A DNA stretch of 63,485 nucleotides, the filler included, from Parachlamydiales bacterium (GTDB lineage: Bacteria > Chlamydiota > Chlamydiia > Chlamydiales > Parachlamydiaceae), in NCBI GenBank assembly GCA_020051075.1. It is 4 parts of 4 records of this genome, joined end to end, with 100 filler letters (N's around TTAATTAATTAA, not from the genome) between each part and the next. Parts side by side here need not be neighbours in the genome. Positions count along the whole stretch, not along the records: positions 16,777 to 41,379 come from JAGVJP010000055.1; positions 41,480 to 55,430 come from JAGVJP010000087.1; 2 more parts are not named here. One strand, written 5' to 3'. Both the position numbers and the translations under genes were made by a program. Of this stretch, positions 39,219-51,000 are shown piece by piece; position 1 is the first letter of the stretch; each line of letters starts with the position of its first letter. A model generated the notes under the pieces. That model saw only the letters and a list, made by a program, of their open reading frames with translations, did not search any database and was not told where the DNA came from.

Positions 39219-39332
39219 TATCTTCTTCCCCATCCTGTTAAACATGTCAGAGGTGAGGTTGGCTCGAATCTGTGGGAATGACAGGATGGGAAGGATGTGT
39301 TGGAGCTGACAATATCTTTCCCATCCTGTCAC
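39219..39332. repeat. family A repeat cluster
   Basis: CCCATCCTGT / GACAGGATGGGAAG / TTCCCATCCTGTC. Confidence 0.7.
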
Positions 39333-39512
39333 TATCTTAAGAGTCAATCAGAGATGTCACCTATTGGAGAAGCATTTTGTGGTTTGTTTTGTAATTTAAA
39401 GGGTATAATGGAATATACATGCTTAAGTGTTTTTATTTCTATAACAAATTTTGTAACTTATTAGGATATGGAGTGAAACAAGTCGTCACCTAATGCTGTC
39501 GCCTGACTTTCC

Positions 39513-39541
39513 TTGCTAGAAAAAGATCTGAGCATTATGGT
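39513..39541 (+). promoter_or_regulatory. possible sigma66 promoter of eno
   Basis: TTGCTA-N17-TATGGT. Confidence 0.4.
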
Positions 39542-39574
39542 AAGTTTTTAACCCGTTTATGCAAGCGAGGAACG

Positions 39575-40900
39575 ATGTCTTATGTTCGATCTCTAAAGGG
39601 AAGAGAAGTACTAGATTCCCGAGGCCACCCCACTGTAGAGGCAGAAATCATCACCGATGATAACATTTCTGTCAAAGCATCCGTCCCTTCAGGGGCATCA
39701 ACAGGCGAAAATGAGGCGTTAGAGCTGCGCGATGGAGATCCAAGCTATTACTTTGGCAAAGGAGTCCTTAAAGCTGTTGCCAATATCAATGGTCCTCTTG
39801 CTCAAATCATCGTTGGCGAACACGTCTATGATCAAAAACGGTTAGACCAGATGATGATCGATGCAGATGGGACAGAAAACAAAGGACGTTTCGGAGCAAA
39901 CGCCATCTTGGCGGTTTCACTGGCTTTAGCCCGGGCAGGAGCCTTAACGGCAAAGCTTCCCTTATACCGATACATTGGTGGAATGCATGCCCATGTTCTC
40001 CCTTGTCCAATGATCAATGTCATCAACGGGGGAGCTCACGCTGATAACGGCCTTGACTTCCAAGAATTTATGATACGTCCTGTCGGAGCTGCGACCTTTC
40101 GCGAAGCCATCCGTTGGGGAAGTGAAATCTTTCATACGCTCAAGACAGTCCTAAAAAAGATTTCTCATATTACTGCTGTTGGTGACGAAGGGGGATTTGC
40201 TCCTCGCTTGAGATCGAACGAAGAGGCCTTAGATTTAATTGTCGAAGCGATTCAACTTGCTGGTTATAAACCAGGAAGCCAGGTTTCACTTGCTTTGGAC
40301 TGCGCTGCTTCAGAATTTTATGACAAAGGCAGCCATCGCTATATTGAAAAGAAGAAAAAGGAAAGCAACGCAGATTATATTGAACGGACAACTGATGAGC
40401 AGATCGACTACTTAGAAAAATTATGTCAAAAGTACCCAATAGATTCGATTGAAGATGGCCTTGCCGAGTGGGATTGGAGCGGCTGGCAGCAAATGACTAA
40501 AAAACTCGGCAGCAAAGTTCAAATTGTTGGGGACGACATTTTCGTGACAAACGAGAAATTTTTATTGAAGGGGATTCACTTTGGTGTAGGCAACTCTATT
40601 CTTATTAAAGTGAATCAGATTGGAACTTTGTCAGAAACACTAGAAACTGTCCGTTTAGCTCAAACGCACGGGTATTCAACGATTATTTCGCATCGGTCTG
40701 GTGAAACTGAGGATAGTTTTATTGTAGACATCTGCGTCGCTGTGAATGCTGGCCAGATTAAAACAGGGTCTGTTTCGCGTTCAGAGCGAGTCGCAAAATA
40801 TAATCGCCTTCTGGCCATAGAGTCTGGCCTTGGTTTAACTGCACTCTATCGCGACAGTAATCGATTTCGTCCTCAGCATTTGTTAAAACATGCGGGTTAA
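39575..40900 (+). CDS. eno: enolase
   Basis: [37 protein letters not shown]. Confidence 0.97.
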   Translation: MSYVRSLKGREVLDSRGHPTVEAEIITDDNISVKASVPSGASTGENEALELRDGDPSYYFGKGVLKAVANINGPLAQIIVGEHVYDQKRLDQMMIDADGTENKGRFGANAILAVSLALARAGALTAKLPLYRYIGGMHAHVLPCPMINVINGGAHADNGLDFQEFMIRPVGAATFREAIRWGSEIFHTLKTVLKKISHITAVGDEGGFAPRLRSNEEALDLIVEAIQLAGYKPGSQVSLALDCAASEFYDKGSHRYIEKKKKESNADYIERTTDEQIDYLEKLCQKYPIDSIEDGLAEWDWSGWQQMTKKLGSKVQIVGDDIFVTNEKFLLKGIHFGVGNSILIKVNQIGTLSETLETVRLAQTHGYSTIISHRSGETEDSFIVDICVAVNAGQIKTGSVSRSERVAKYNRLLAIESGLGLTALYRDSNRFRPQHLLKHAG

Positions 40901-41293
40901 ATGCCAATGAATTATACGATTGTTCTTTTTGGTGAGGCTGAGAGAGGGGAATATAAAACTGCCTATTACTGTGAAAGCCTTGATCAATTGGATGAATACT
41001 TTGGGAATCCTCCCCATCAAAGCAATGGACTCTATTACGCCGTTCAGGCAATCCTGTTTCGACGCGATTTGATTTTTTTTCGCGTTCCTGAAGAAGGGTT
41101 TAGTCACGAAGATTATTTTTTTGGAGTTAAACTTCTCGAAGAGCAGAAGTTAATTACACATCTTGATGCAATCTGTGTTCCAGGATTAGGCGACCCTCAG
41201 GTGTTGAATGCTCTTGAACCCATATTAAAGCTTTATCATAGCATTCTCATTACCACAGAGTCGGACTTCTATGACTATCTCACCTCAAGGTAG
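40901..41293 (+). CDS. hypothetical protein directly following eno
   Basis: 130-aa ORF starting immediately after the eno stop, with globular composition. Confidence 0.75.
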   Translation: MPMNYTIVLFGEAERGEYKTAYYCESLDQLDEYFGNPPHQSNGLYYAVQAILFRRDLIFFRVPEEGFSHEDYFFGVKLLEEQKLITHLDAICVPGLGDPQVLNALEPILKLYHSILITTESDFYDYLTSR

Positions 41294-41379
41294 CTCTAGA
41301 CCGGTATCTAGTTGAAATTGCCCATCTGGACTGTGCCAAAGCTCCCGCGGTTGAACGATCGTAAATCAACCCATATTGA

Positions 41380-41479
41380 NNNNNNNNNNNNNNNNNNNNN
41401 NNNNNNNNNNNNNNNNNNNNNNNTTAATTAATTAANNNNNNNNNNNNNNNNNNNNNNNNNNNNNNNNNNNNNNNNNNNN
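41380..41479. other. artificial contig spacer
   Basis: 100 nt of N with TTAATTAATTAA. Confidence 0.98.
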
Positions 41480-41577
41480 CTTGTCAATTGTAAACTAGAA
41501 CTAGAGCTAGAGCTACAACTTGGGATTGAACTAGAAGGTGATTGCTCGGAAGCATCTGAAATAGGAATCTTATTCAT
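41480..41577 (-). CDS. 5' fragment of a Ser-rich ORF running off the contig
   Basis: MNKIPISDASEQSPSSSIPSCSSSSSSSLQLT, open up to the gap. Confidence 0.45.
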
Positions 41578-41827
41578 AAAAAATCCAGCTTCCTCAAAAA
41601 TCCTTAAACCGTCCGTCGGCTAATTGCCAAGTATTGCCTGAATGATGGTAGGTAATGTAATCTTTTATCTTAATCTCACTGAACAGCTCACCTTAACGCA
41701 AGTTTAAATCAATGGTGAATTAACCAGAAATTAATTTTAAAGACACCTCGATAATAGAATCTATCTTATTCAATTTAAGCAATATAACATTCACGAAGTT
41801 TTATAACCGTTCACGATGTAAAAACAC

Positions 41828-41927
41828 GAACCCGAGCCCGAAAAGCTCTTGCTAAATTCGCACCTGTCTATCAGCTCACTTTGTAAAGTTTGATCGGTCG
41901 GAAACAACGATTTTCGGACTCGGATTC
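41828..41927. repeat. 100-bp element with 17-bp imperfect terminal inverted repeats
   Basis: GAACCCGAGCCCGAAAA ... TTTTCGGACTCGGATTC. Confidence 0.55.
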
Positions 41928-42061
41928 CTACCCCGTAAATAAAAAGCAAACCCTACTTGTTGTAAAATCTTCGATTACCTATTAGAGCAACCTTGAATCG
42001 CATTAAAAAATGCTAAACTCGAGTCTGTGCCTCTGCGGTCATGTATCCAACGCCCTTCTGA

Positions 42062-45000
42062 CTATTCCATCTTGACTTCGATTCGATTATAGTGATTGCC
42101 TTCACGAATGTAAGCCATGGTATGTTCAATCGAGATCACCTCTTCAGTGGCTTCAGGATTAATAATACGAGGGGGGTTAAACTTGTTCTCGAAGACCATC
42201 ACTTTAGCCTTTGGCTTGAATATGTGAGCTGCCAATGCCAGCTCTTCAAAATCAAGATAATAATTCCTATCCAGAACAAGCTTCTCGTATATCTCAAAAT
42301 GATCTTGAACGAACTCAATGATGCGTTGCTCTCGTTCTACTTCAGCTACTTTCTTATTCTCCTTCTCTTCAAGGAACCGAGTCCAATTTGAATCCTCAAT
42401 GCCTGCTTGTTTGAGTTCATCAAAACTTGCATCAATACAATTCGCAAGACTGTCAGCAATATCTTCCGCCCCCTCTTCTAATCTATTTTGCAGACCTGTA
42501 AACTCTTTTTCTGTGTGTGCAAAGATCGGATCAAATTTTTCTTTATTGCTCAAATAGAATTCACGAGTCAATTGTGATCTCATTCTCTCCTTTATGGTCC
42601 GGTGTTCCACATCATGTTGTTGATCCCATTCCTTAAATTCTAATGTTTCTCTCAACGCCAAGCGAACAGAAGTGAATAATATCGGTTTAAGGGGATGGGA
42701 TTCGCTATGGAATATGGGTTTAAGTGCATCAATAAAGGTTTGCTTCGCAAACCTTTGGATCATGTCCCCCTCCCGATTGACATCCAATTCTGCCGGATTC
42801 CAAATATATTGAATGCAATCTCTGCTAGCCAATCGCGTTCGCGTTCCTAATAAAGAGTGCAGCGCGCAGGCCCCATCCCCACAAGTGTCAACCTCCCTCT
42901 GATAGATAGTGCCATTGTAGCTAAATGTAAGCCGATCTTCAGAACCACATCCACTGGAAGATGAAGAAGAACTATCTTCCGATGAACCCTCAACAAAACG
43001 CGCCATGCTAATCGATAAACCGTCGCTGGAATTGGTGACCCCTTCACTAGAGGACCTTGCTCCATCAGCTTGACTGCCTTCAGTCAAATGGTTTTGCAGT
43101 TCTCGACCAATCTCGGAAGTGAGGGTACCAATCTCTCTGGAATCCTTTGCTGACATTTCTTCGGCTATTTGAAGAACTTGTGTCAGAACGAGCGCAGCTT
43201 GTTCCGTACACTCAGTCAAAAACTGAGGGTCGCTAAAATTTGATTTCACAATATGAACTCTTGCTTGAACACGACTATCAATCAATGCTAGATTGTCATG
43301 ATAAGATGTCTTTATCTTTTCGATGTTCATTAAGCGAGCCTCTCGATCTTCTATCTGAACAGCCTCCAATATTTCTTTTAAAAATTTCCCATAGTTTTCT
43401 TCGATCATTCTTCCAATGACGGTTTGATGTGAAACGATGTTTGCGATGAGTGTCTGGCTTCTATCCCCCATGCCGAGGATCTCTTTTTGAAGTTCGGATT
43501 GATCTAAAAGTGATCGTTTCGCCATCTTTAAGGCCATGCATTGAACTCTTTCACGAGCAGCATCTGACATCCTATCGGCTTCAATAATCGCTTGGACGAT
43601 GTTGCCAACTTGCTGTACCACCATCCCTTGCATCATCATCTGCTCAGATAGCCCCCCTTTTCCAGCAAGCAGACCTAATTCATTCTTCCTCTCAATAAGT
43701 CTCCACGTGTTGGTTAACAATTCATTCGGATGGATTTGATTCAAATAGTTTGAGATTACCGTGCTTTCTTTCTGTTTTAATTCTTGATATTTCGCCCACC
43801 CTTTCTCTAATGTCCTTATGCATACATAAACTTCTGCTTTCTTTGAATCTTTTCCAATCTGCCTCAATTCTGGAATCACTGGGTCTTGACCTCTTTCATA
43901 AGCTTCCAAAGATAGATCATAAATTCTCGTCACATTTTGATGCAGTTTTTCTTTTTCTTGCTCATTAAAACGGCTCATGGATGAACTTGCGGCAAGAAGA
44001 AGTCCTATCACGCACCTCAATCGCTTAATTTGTTCGCTCATTAATTTGCGATAGAGCTCTGCCATTTTCTGACCACTTGAAATGATAGCCTCGTTAAGCA
44101 AGTCCTTTTTTATTGCTTCTTTCGCTTTTGAACTTTGACGTAATTCATTTTTAAAATACTCTGTAATGAATCCAATAGCGAAATCACCAGAACTTTCCAT
44201 GACAAGGTTGTAGCTACCAGTAAAAGAGGATGAGCTGTCTCTTTGAACACGATTTCCATTGCTTTGCCGACTCCTTCTCCCAATTTTACCATCTGGAATA
44301 ATGCCTGGAGAAGGTCTGCCAACCCTTTGACTATCACCGAATACTGGCGGAGGCCCCCCCACACCCCCAGGAGGATGTGCCCTGTCAGTTCCAATAGGCA
44401 TCGTTGGCGGTGTTGGACTGCTAGTACTAAATCCCCGACCAGAAGAACTGGCTCCAGGAGGGGGCCCCGAAGAAGGATCGCTACCAGGAATTATTCCAGG
44501 TGGAGTCCATCCGTCTTTTCTCATCTTTGAATTTAATGACAATTGATCACTGCTTCCTGGTGATGGAGCCCCAATCCCCTCTGGAGGATGAGCCGTACCT
44601 GAAAAAAATATGGCATTCGGTGGAAGTGTAACTGTCTCTCCAGAATCGTTTTTGAAAACCCATCGCGAAGCATCGCCAAATCCTGGTGGTGGAGCCCCCG
44701 TCACTCCTGGAGGAGGGGCCATGCCTGTTTCCATTGCCATCGGCGGCGGTGCTGGACTGTTTGCATTAAACCCTCGACGAGAAGAACTATGAGCTTCACC
44801 AGGAGGCGGTCGTCTTGATGGTCTAGATACATCTTGTTTAAATTTTTTTGAAACAGCTTCTGTCCCCTTGTCTATCATTTTCCCTGCAGTTTTGTGTAAA
44901 ACCTCATTCGTTAGGTCGACGACGGTTGTTAAATTATGGAACAGCTCTTTAGAAAAATCGCTCGTCATTTTCTCTATGATTTCTCTTTTTTTACAAAGAT

Positions 45001-48000
45001 AATAGTCACGTAGAAACCGTGCATAAGTTAAGCACGCTGGAAGGATCAAATTAGAATGGTCGAAGGTGAAACGATCGAGATTATAGTGCTTGACATCATA
45101 CACTGCATCTTTGGATAAGGGCCTCTCAGAGGGGGTGAGATACTTCACAATAATGAAAAGATCAATTTCACCATTAGTATCAATGATTTTCTCATTTCTA
45201 AGCCAAGCACAACCTGCCTTAATTTCTTCCGAAGTCAATCCAATGGATTTTTTATTCAATATATCTTCAAGATCTTTTAAGTGGTTAAAGCGTTGAGATA
45301 AGAACTCATTAAATGGCTTTTCGAATTGAAGTATGATTTTTTTGTTAAATTCACTAATGTCTAGCATGTTAAATTTGGCACTTAAAATTAGAGTGTTGAT
45401 CTTGCTCGAAATAATAGTAAATTCCTCGCAAGAATTTAAAAAAGCATCGACAGCAAGTGCTTTATTCAAGATTCTTTGCCAGTGGTCTTTGTGAAACATG
45501 TCCTGAATGTCCCGTTTCATATTTTGTACTAAGCTTGGTTCGACCCCTTTAAGGAATGATCCGCTTGTCCTCGTCAGAGTCCTTTGCACCCCTTGTTTCA
45601 AAGAACCTTGAACGATCCCTTTGAATCCACTTTTGACATGATCAAGACCAACAGTTTTCGTTGTGTGAAGGACTTTTTTACCAACTGTAAGTGCCACTTG
45701 AATCATCTCGTCTCCGTGTTCCATCAAATAGCCTCTGATATTATCAAGCTTCCGTACAGTTTTTTTTACGGCTTTAACTCCACTGAGTCCACAAGAACTC
45801 AAGTTCATTGCAACACTTAATGATTTTTGCAACATAAACGTTGAGCCGTCAAACTCTCGATTGGTCACAGCTGAAAAAATCCGAGTTGCATCGCCAATGC
45901 CTTCTGAAATTAAGGCTGAACCTGCAGCAGCTCCCGCTCCTCCTGAAAATGTCGTGATGACCACCCCCCCAGCAATTTGCAACAAACTTAATGTTGTTAA
46001 TAAAGCTAAACCTTTTCTTGGTAGAGGGTTTCTTTCATTAATGTCATAAAGATAATGCAAGCCATTCAATTGCTGACGGACTACAAAAGAAGGATTAGCG
46101 CAAATTTTCTCAAGTTCAGCCTTGATGGGATGGTGAAAGATAGAGAAATCCTCTTCTTTACGATCAGCTGCTTTGATGATCGTTTGTGCTGTATCGGCAT
46201 CTATTTCATTAATCGAAAGGGTCGCATTGTTATGTTCTGCCAAAGTCATTCGAGCAATATTAATGGCTTGCTTATGGTCCAGATCAACAAAACTTAAAAC
46301 CATTGAACGAGGAGATTTCTTCTTCTGGTTACCATTATCCCATTCCAACTGCATTGAGCTTTCCGAGGCTCGATCTTCTAAGCTTTGTGTGCCAGAGGAA
46401 GTGACTATCTTAATCCATTGACTGGCAGTTGCTTGTTTTAACCGATGTAAGACTAAGTTCGACGTCAATAAAGGGTCTTGACTGTCTAAGAAATCCAAGA
46501 GATTTTGCAATTGATCATAAGAACATTCCAAAATGGATATTTCTCCTTCCGGCCTGTCCAAAACAGGGTCAGAAAGGCTGACGGATATAGGTTCATTGTG
46601 TTTCAGAATTCCTTCCTGATCTCGTTGTGGTGGGAACCAAACTGATACATGCATTTGAGGACACTTTATTTTTAAAAGCTCCAATAGTGCCGTTGTTATC
46701 TTTATTGGACCAATTCCAAAAACTGTCCCTCTTAAAATTGATTTTCTGTCGACCTTGGGGGCTACTTTGGAGATTGTTTCCGATGAAGTTGAAGTTGTCT
46801 TCGCTGGTTTCGAAGAAGAAGTAAACTTCTCTAGCAGTTCTCTCATCCCTTTAACCGTTAAATCTCGTATTGTCAAGGTTGCAGGAACTACTTCTGTCCC
46901 ATTATCGGAAGAACGCCAATCGTTAAATTTATCAATTTTTTCAACCACAACATGTTTGCCAGATTTCATGGCTTTAGATACCTTGCTACTCACATGACTT
47001 ACCAATTCTGTTGATTTTGCAGCGATAGCGGCCCCTCGATCTGCCAATGTAATTACAGGTGCCTGATGAGAACTAGCAGTTTTCGATGATGCGTCAGCTG
47101 GATTGGAGGTGGATGATCTATCATCCGAAGAGGCATCCATTAAACGCTCATTCTGTCTAATTTTTTTTCGACATGCAGGTAAAAGAGCTCTCAGATGATA
47201 TTTTTGACCCTGCTCTGAATAGAGTTTATCGCCGTCAAAAGATAGTGTGATAGGGATCTGAGAAGGGATTTTTTCAATCGTGTGTTCTAGTTGAGAAGTC
47301 TTGGTAATGTCTACATGGGTTTTTAAATGATGAAATGTGAGACGGAATTTGGCTTGAATGCCGGAAGGGGGAGGAATTCCCAATCGTTTCATCACCCGTT
47401 TTGTCGTATATTTGTCGGAGTATGTTTGACTAAAAGATGGCACACCAGAATCTATTGCAATGAGCTTTTGAGATTCCTCAATCTGTTGAACGGCTCGTTT
47501 TGCAGAATCTAGCAACAAATAATACACTTGTAATTGTTGCTGAAATTGAGTGTTTAAAAAATCTTTGCCAAAAGATAAGGAAGAATTGTTATATTGACTG
47601 AGTAAAAGATAAGTTGCCTGGTGCTGTCGGAGAGGCCCATTCATGAGCGCTTGCTGCATCTTTTCGAAATTTTCCTTAAGGTTTTTCTTATACCCATCCT
47701 TTTTTAACTGAATGACGGCATATGCTCGATGATAATAGGCGATAAAAGAGAAAATCTCATCCATTGCAATGGCTGCGTCATAGGCCTGGATGGCCTTTTC
47801 ATAAAAAGTATTTTTTGAAAAGTAGTGGCGGTAACGACTCGCTCGATTGAGCAGCTGATTTCCTAAACGAATGTAGTAGATGGGATTGTCAATAATCGTT
47901 TCTTGGCGATAAGCCTCCAACATCTGCTCTTTAAATATCAGAAACTTGCTTGTTGCTTCTGTTTTATCCTCTTGACTGAGAATATCCCTTAGCCACCTCC

Positions 48001-51000
48001 CCCATCGTTCTTCTAAAGCACTTCTTTTTATCTCACACAACTCTTCAAAGTAGATTCGATCAACAGAAATTTGTTTTTTTATTCGATCAACACCGAATTT
48101 TGAATGTTGAGCTTGATCAATTTGCTTGATTTCTTCTAACAATGAAAGATAGCCTCGAAATAACTTCTGCTGCTGTTTGATATTTGGCAAATGAACAGTT
48201 TTGATTTTTTCTAATTTTTCACATTCCTGTGCATCGGGAAGATTCTTGGCCAGCTTCGGATCCTTTTCCAATCCTTCAATGTTGCATGATGGAAATTGAT
48301 CCTTGATAGCTTGTAGATCCAAAATTAATTGAACAGTCCCCGGCTCGCCACGCCTTGAAGTACGGCCAAAAGCTTGATTTCTCACGCGCTTATCGGGTGG
48401 GAGAAATGTCAAACAAACATGCAATCCCCCCTTTTTGATAACATCCTGAGAGACCCGGATGTCGGTCCCTCTCCCCGCTAAGTTCGTTGCTACAACTATC
48501 GTTCCCGGACTTTGCTCTTTCTGTAGAAAATATTTTGAATCATTTTTATCATCATAATAGAGGAATAATGACGGTTTGGCATATCTATCTTGGAAACGCC
48601 CATGTAGTTCTTCAGCAGTATTAATTGTTTCACATATGATCAACACAACCCGTCCCAAATTCGCATCTCTAATCGCATTTAGAACGATCGCCTCCATCCA
48701 TAACTCTTGATTTTGCAGCAATTGTGGGGATAGTGTTAGCCTATTCCTCGGCAAAAAGGTAGGGATTTCAACACAGTCGTAACGATAGGTCTCTTTTAAG
48801 AGCTCTTGCAAGCCAGGCGATCCAAGAGTTCCAGTGATCCCAAGTCGGTGATGATATCGCTTAATATAAGAATAAATCGATGAATAATTGGTCACAAGTG
48901 TCATGGGTTCGATCATCAATGAATGATTAAGTTGAAGAAACTGCTGCAATCCTTCGCCCCATGATGTTCCTAACTGAATTGCTCCAGTATTGGCGAAATC
49001 AACAGGGGCGATACACTCGACATCTTCAGGATTTTTCTCGATACGATAATCACGCCCCTCTTCATATTGATATTTTGCCAGCCATGCACTTTGAATCCAA
49101 TGCTTCGCTTGACTCTTCACAAATGGTTTTAAGTGTTTAGGAATTTGCATTCCACCTTCTGCATCCTCTACAATCATATTAATATAAGAAAGCAGTTCCG
49201 TTTCGATCACCTTTTTTACGACTGCATCGTCTGTGATATCTACCTGATTGAAGGGATTTTTCTTTTCACTTTCAGGAGAACTAGAAGTGTCTTCCAGTTC
49301 AATGTCATCGGATGACTCTGTTTTTTCACTTTCAATATCACTAGAGTCTTCTCCCAACTCAATCCCTTCGGATGAATCTGATTCTTCACTTTCAAGGTCT
49401 CTGTTGTCTTTCAACTCGATTAAGTGAAGAAATCTCATCCAAAGGCAAACTAACAATGGGGTGAGCTCTTGCATGCATGGCATAGGACTGGCTAGCATCG
49501 TAAGGCTGTCATTACTCTCAATGAGAACATTATCCACTTCATCCATGACAACCAAATCAAATCCTCGTTCACCTCTCGTTTTTAACCCACCATATTCATG
49601 ACGGAGAACATCCCATTGAAAATGGCTTGGATCGCCATAGACCACATCGACATCTTTTGCGTAACATTTCTTCATTCCCGATTCATACTGATGATCTTCG
49701 TTGCTAGCGACCTTTAATGAAAATAATTCATAAAATGGTTTATAATCTTTTACATCCCTTTTAGCTAGTTCCGACGAACTTGTGATCACATCAACTTTTT
49801 TGCCTTGCAATGCCTTGAGCGCGGCAAACATCGCGATGATCAGGGATTTACCTTCCCCTGTCGAAATCTGTGCAAGAATCCCCCGAAGGGATTTAGCTTC
49901 CCCTGTTGAAATCTGTGCAAGAATCTTCGGATCTGTTCGTTCAGCTAGCAACAATAGTGCGACTAACTGCACCTCTCTAGGGGGGTAGCCAAACAGCAAA
50001 ATACATGCTCGCTTAAAAACAGCTAAGCATTCCGGCAAAATTGTTGCCTCAAAACTAACATGGGAATGTGAGGATGAGGAAGAGCTGATCAAACTAGTTT
50101 GATCCATCTGTTTAATTTGACCCGCCCATTTCTTAATATGTTCCTTGGACCATTCGTTCACAGGTAAGGGCGATACAACATCTCCAGAAATGCGGGGCTT
50201 TTTCGCTGGTGACCAATAAAGTTGGTCTACTAAAGCCAAGGTCTCCCTTATCTCATCGATATAACTCTGTTCCATTAAACGAGAGTCTTTCTGATTAATT
50301 GAAGAGGACCTAATCTCCTCAATTAATTTGGGTAAGCTTTTTATCTTATCATACGAGGTTAAATGACGATTCACCACATAGGCATGCAAAATCTCTGGAA
50401 TAATGATTTTTCCCTGAGCAAATTGTTTTTCCACAAGCGCGTAAAAACTAACCTCTCCAATCTGCTCCTGATAATTGCATGTCAAAGTCAAAATCTCTGA
50501 CATGTTTCTAATGTCGATCGCATTTAGCTTTCCTTCCTCAACATCTTCATTGATTTTCCTTAACCAATCCATGAGTGCTGTGAAACTCCATCCCTGTTTG
50601 CAAAGAGAAAAGGCACTAAGAACCGATTGCCTTAACCATTCCGATGTGCGATCATTCACCTCCTGGGCTTTGGAGCCGTCCGAAAGGGCAATTTTGACTA
50701 GATGCTGACATAAAAGGTATTCCTTTAGAGCAGAAGTCAAATTGCTTACCGACACTCCCTTGCCATCGTTGAAGTCTTCAACGACATCTAGACCAATCGA
50801 AAAATCATGAATCAATGTCAACAATGTAGACAACTCATCGAGTGTTGCATCTGTCGATAGTTTGCCAAAGAGTGCCTTTGCCCTGATGGGAAACCAATCT
50901 AACTTCTGATACACTTTGAGTAGCGATTGCTTACTATCAAACGACACTCGTTTAACTGAAGCGAACGGCGAGAGCAATCGGTCAAAAAAGAATGCTCTAA

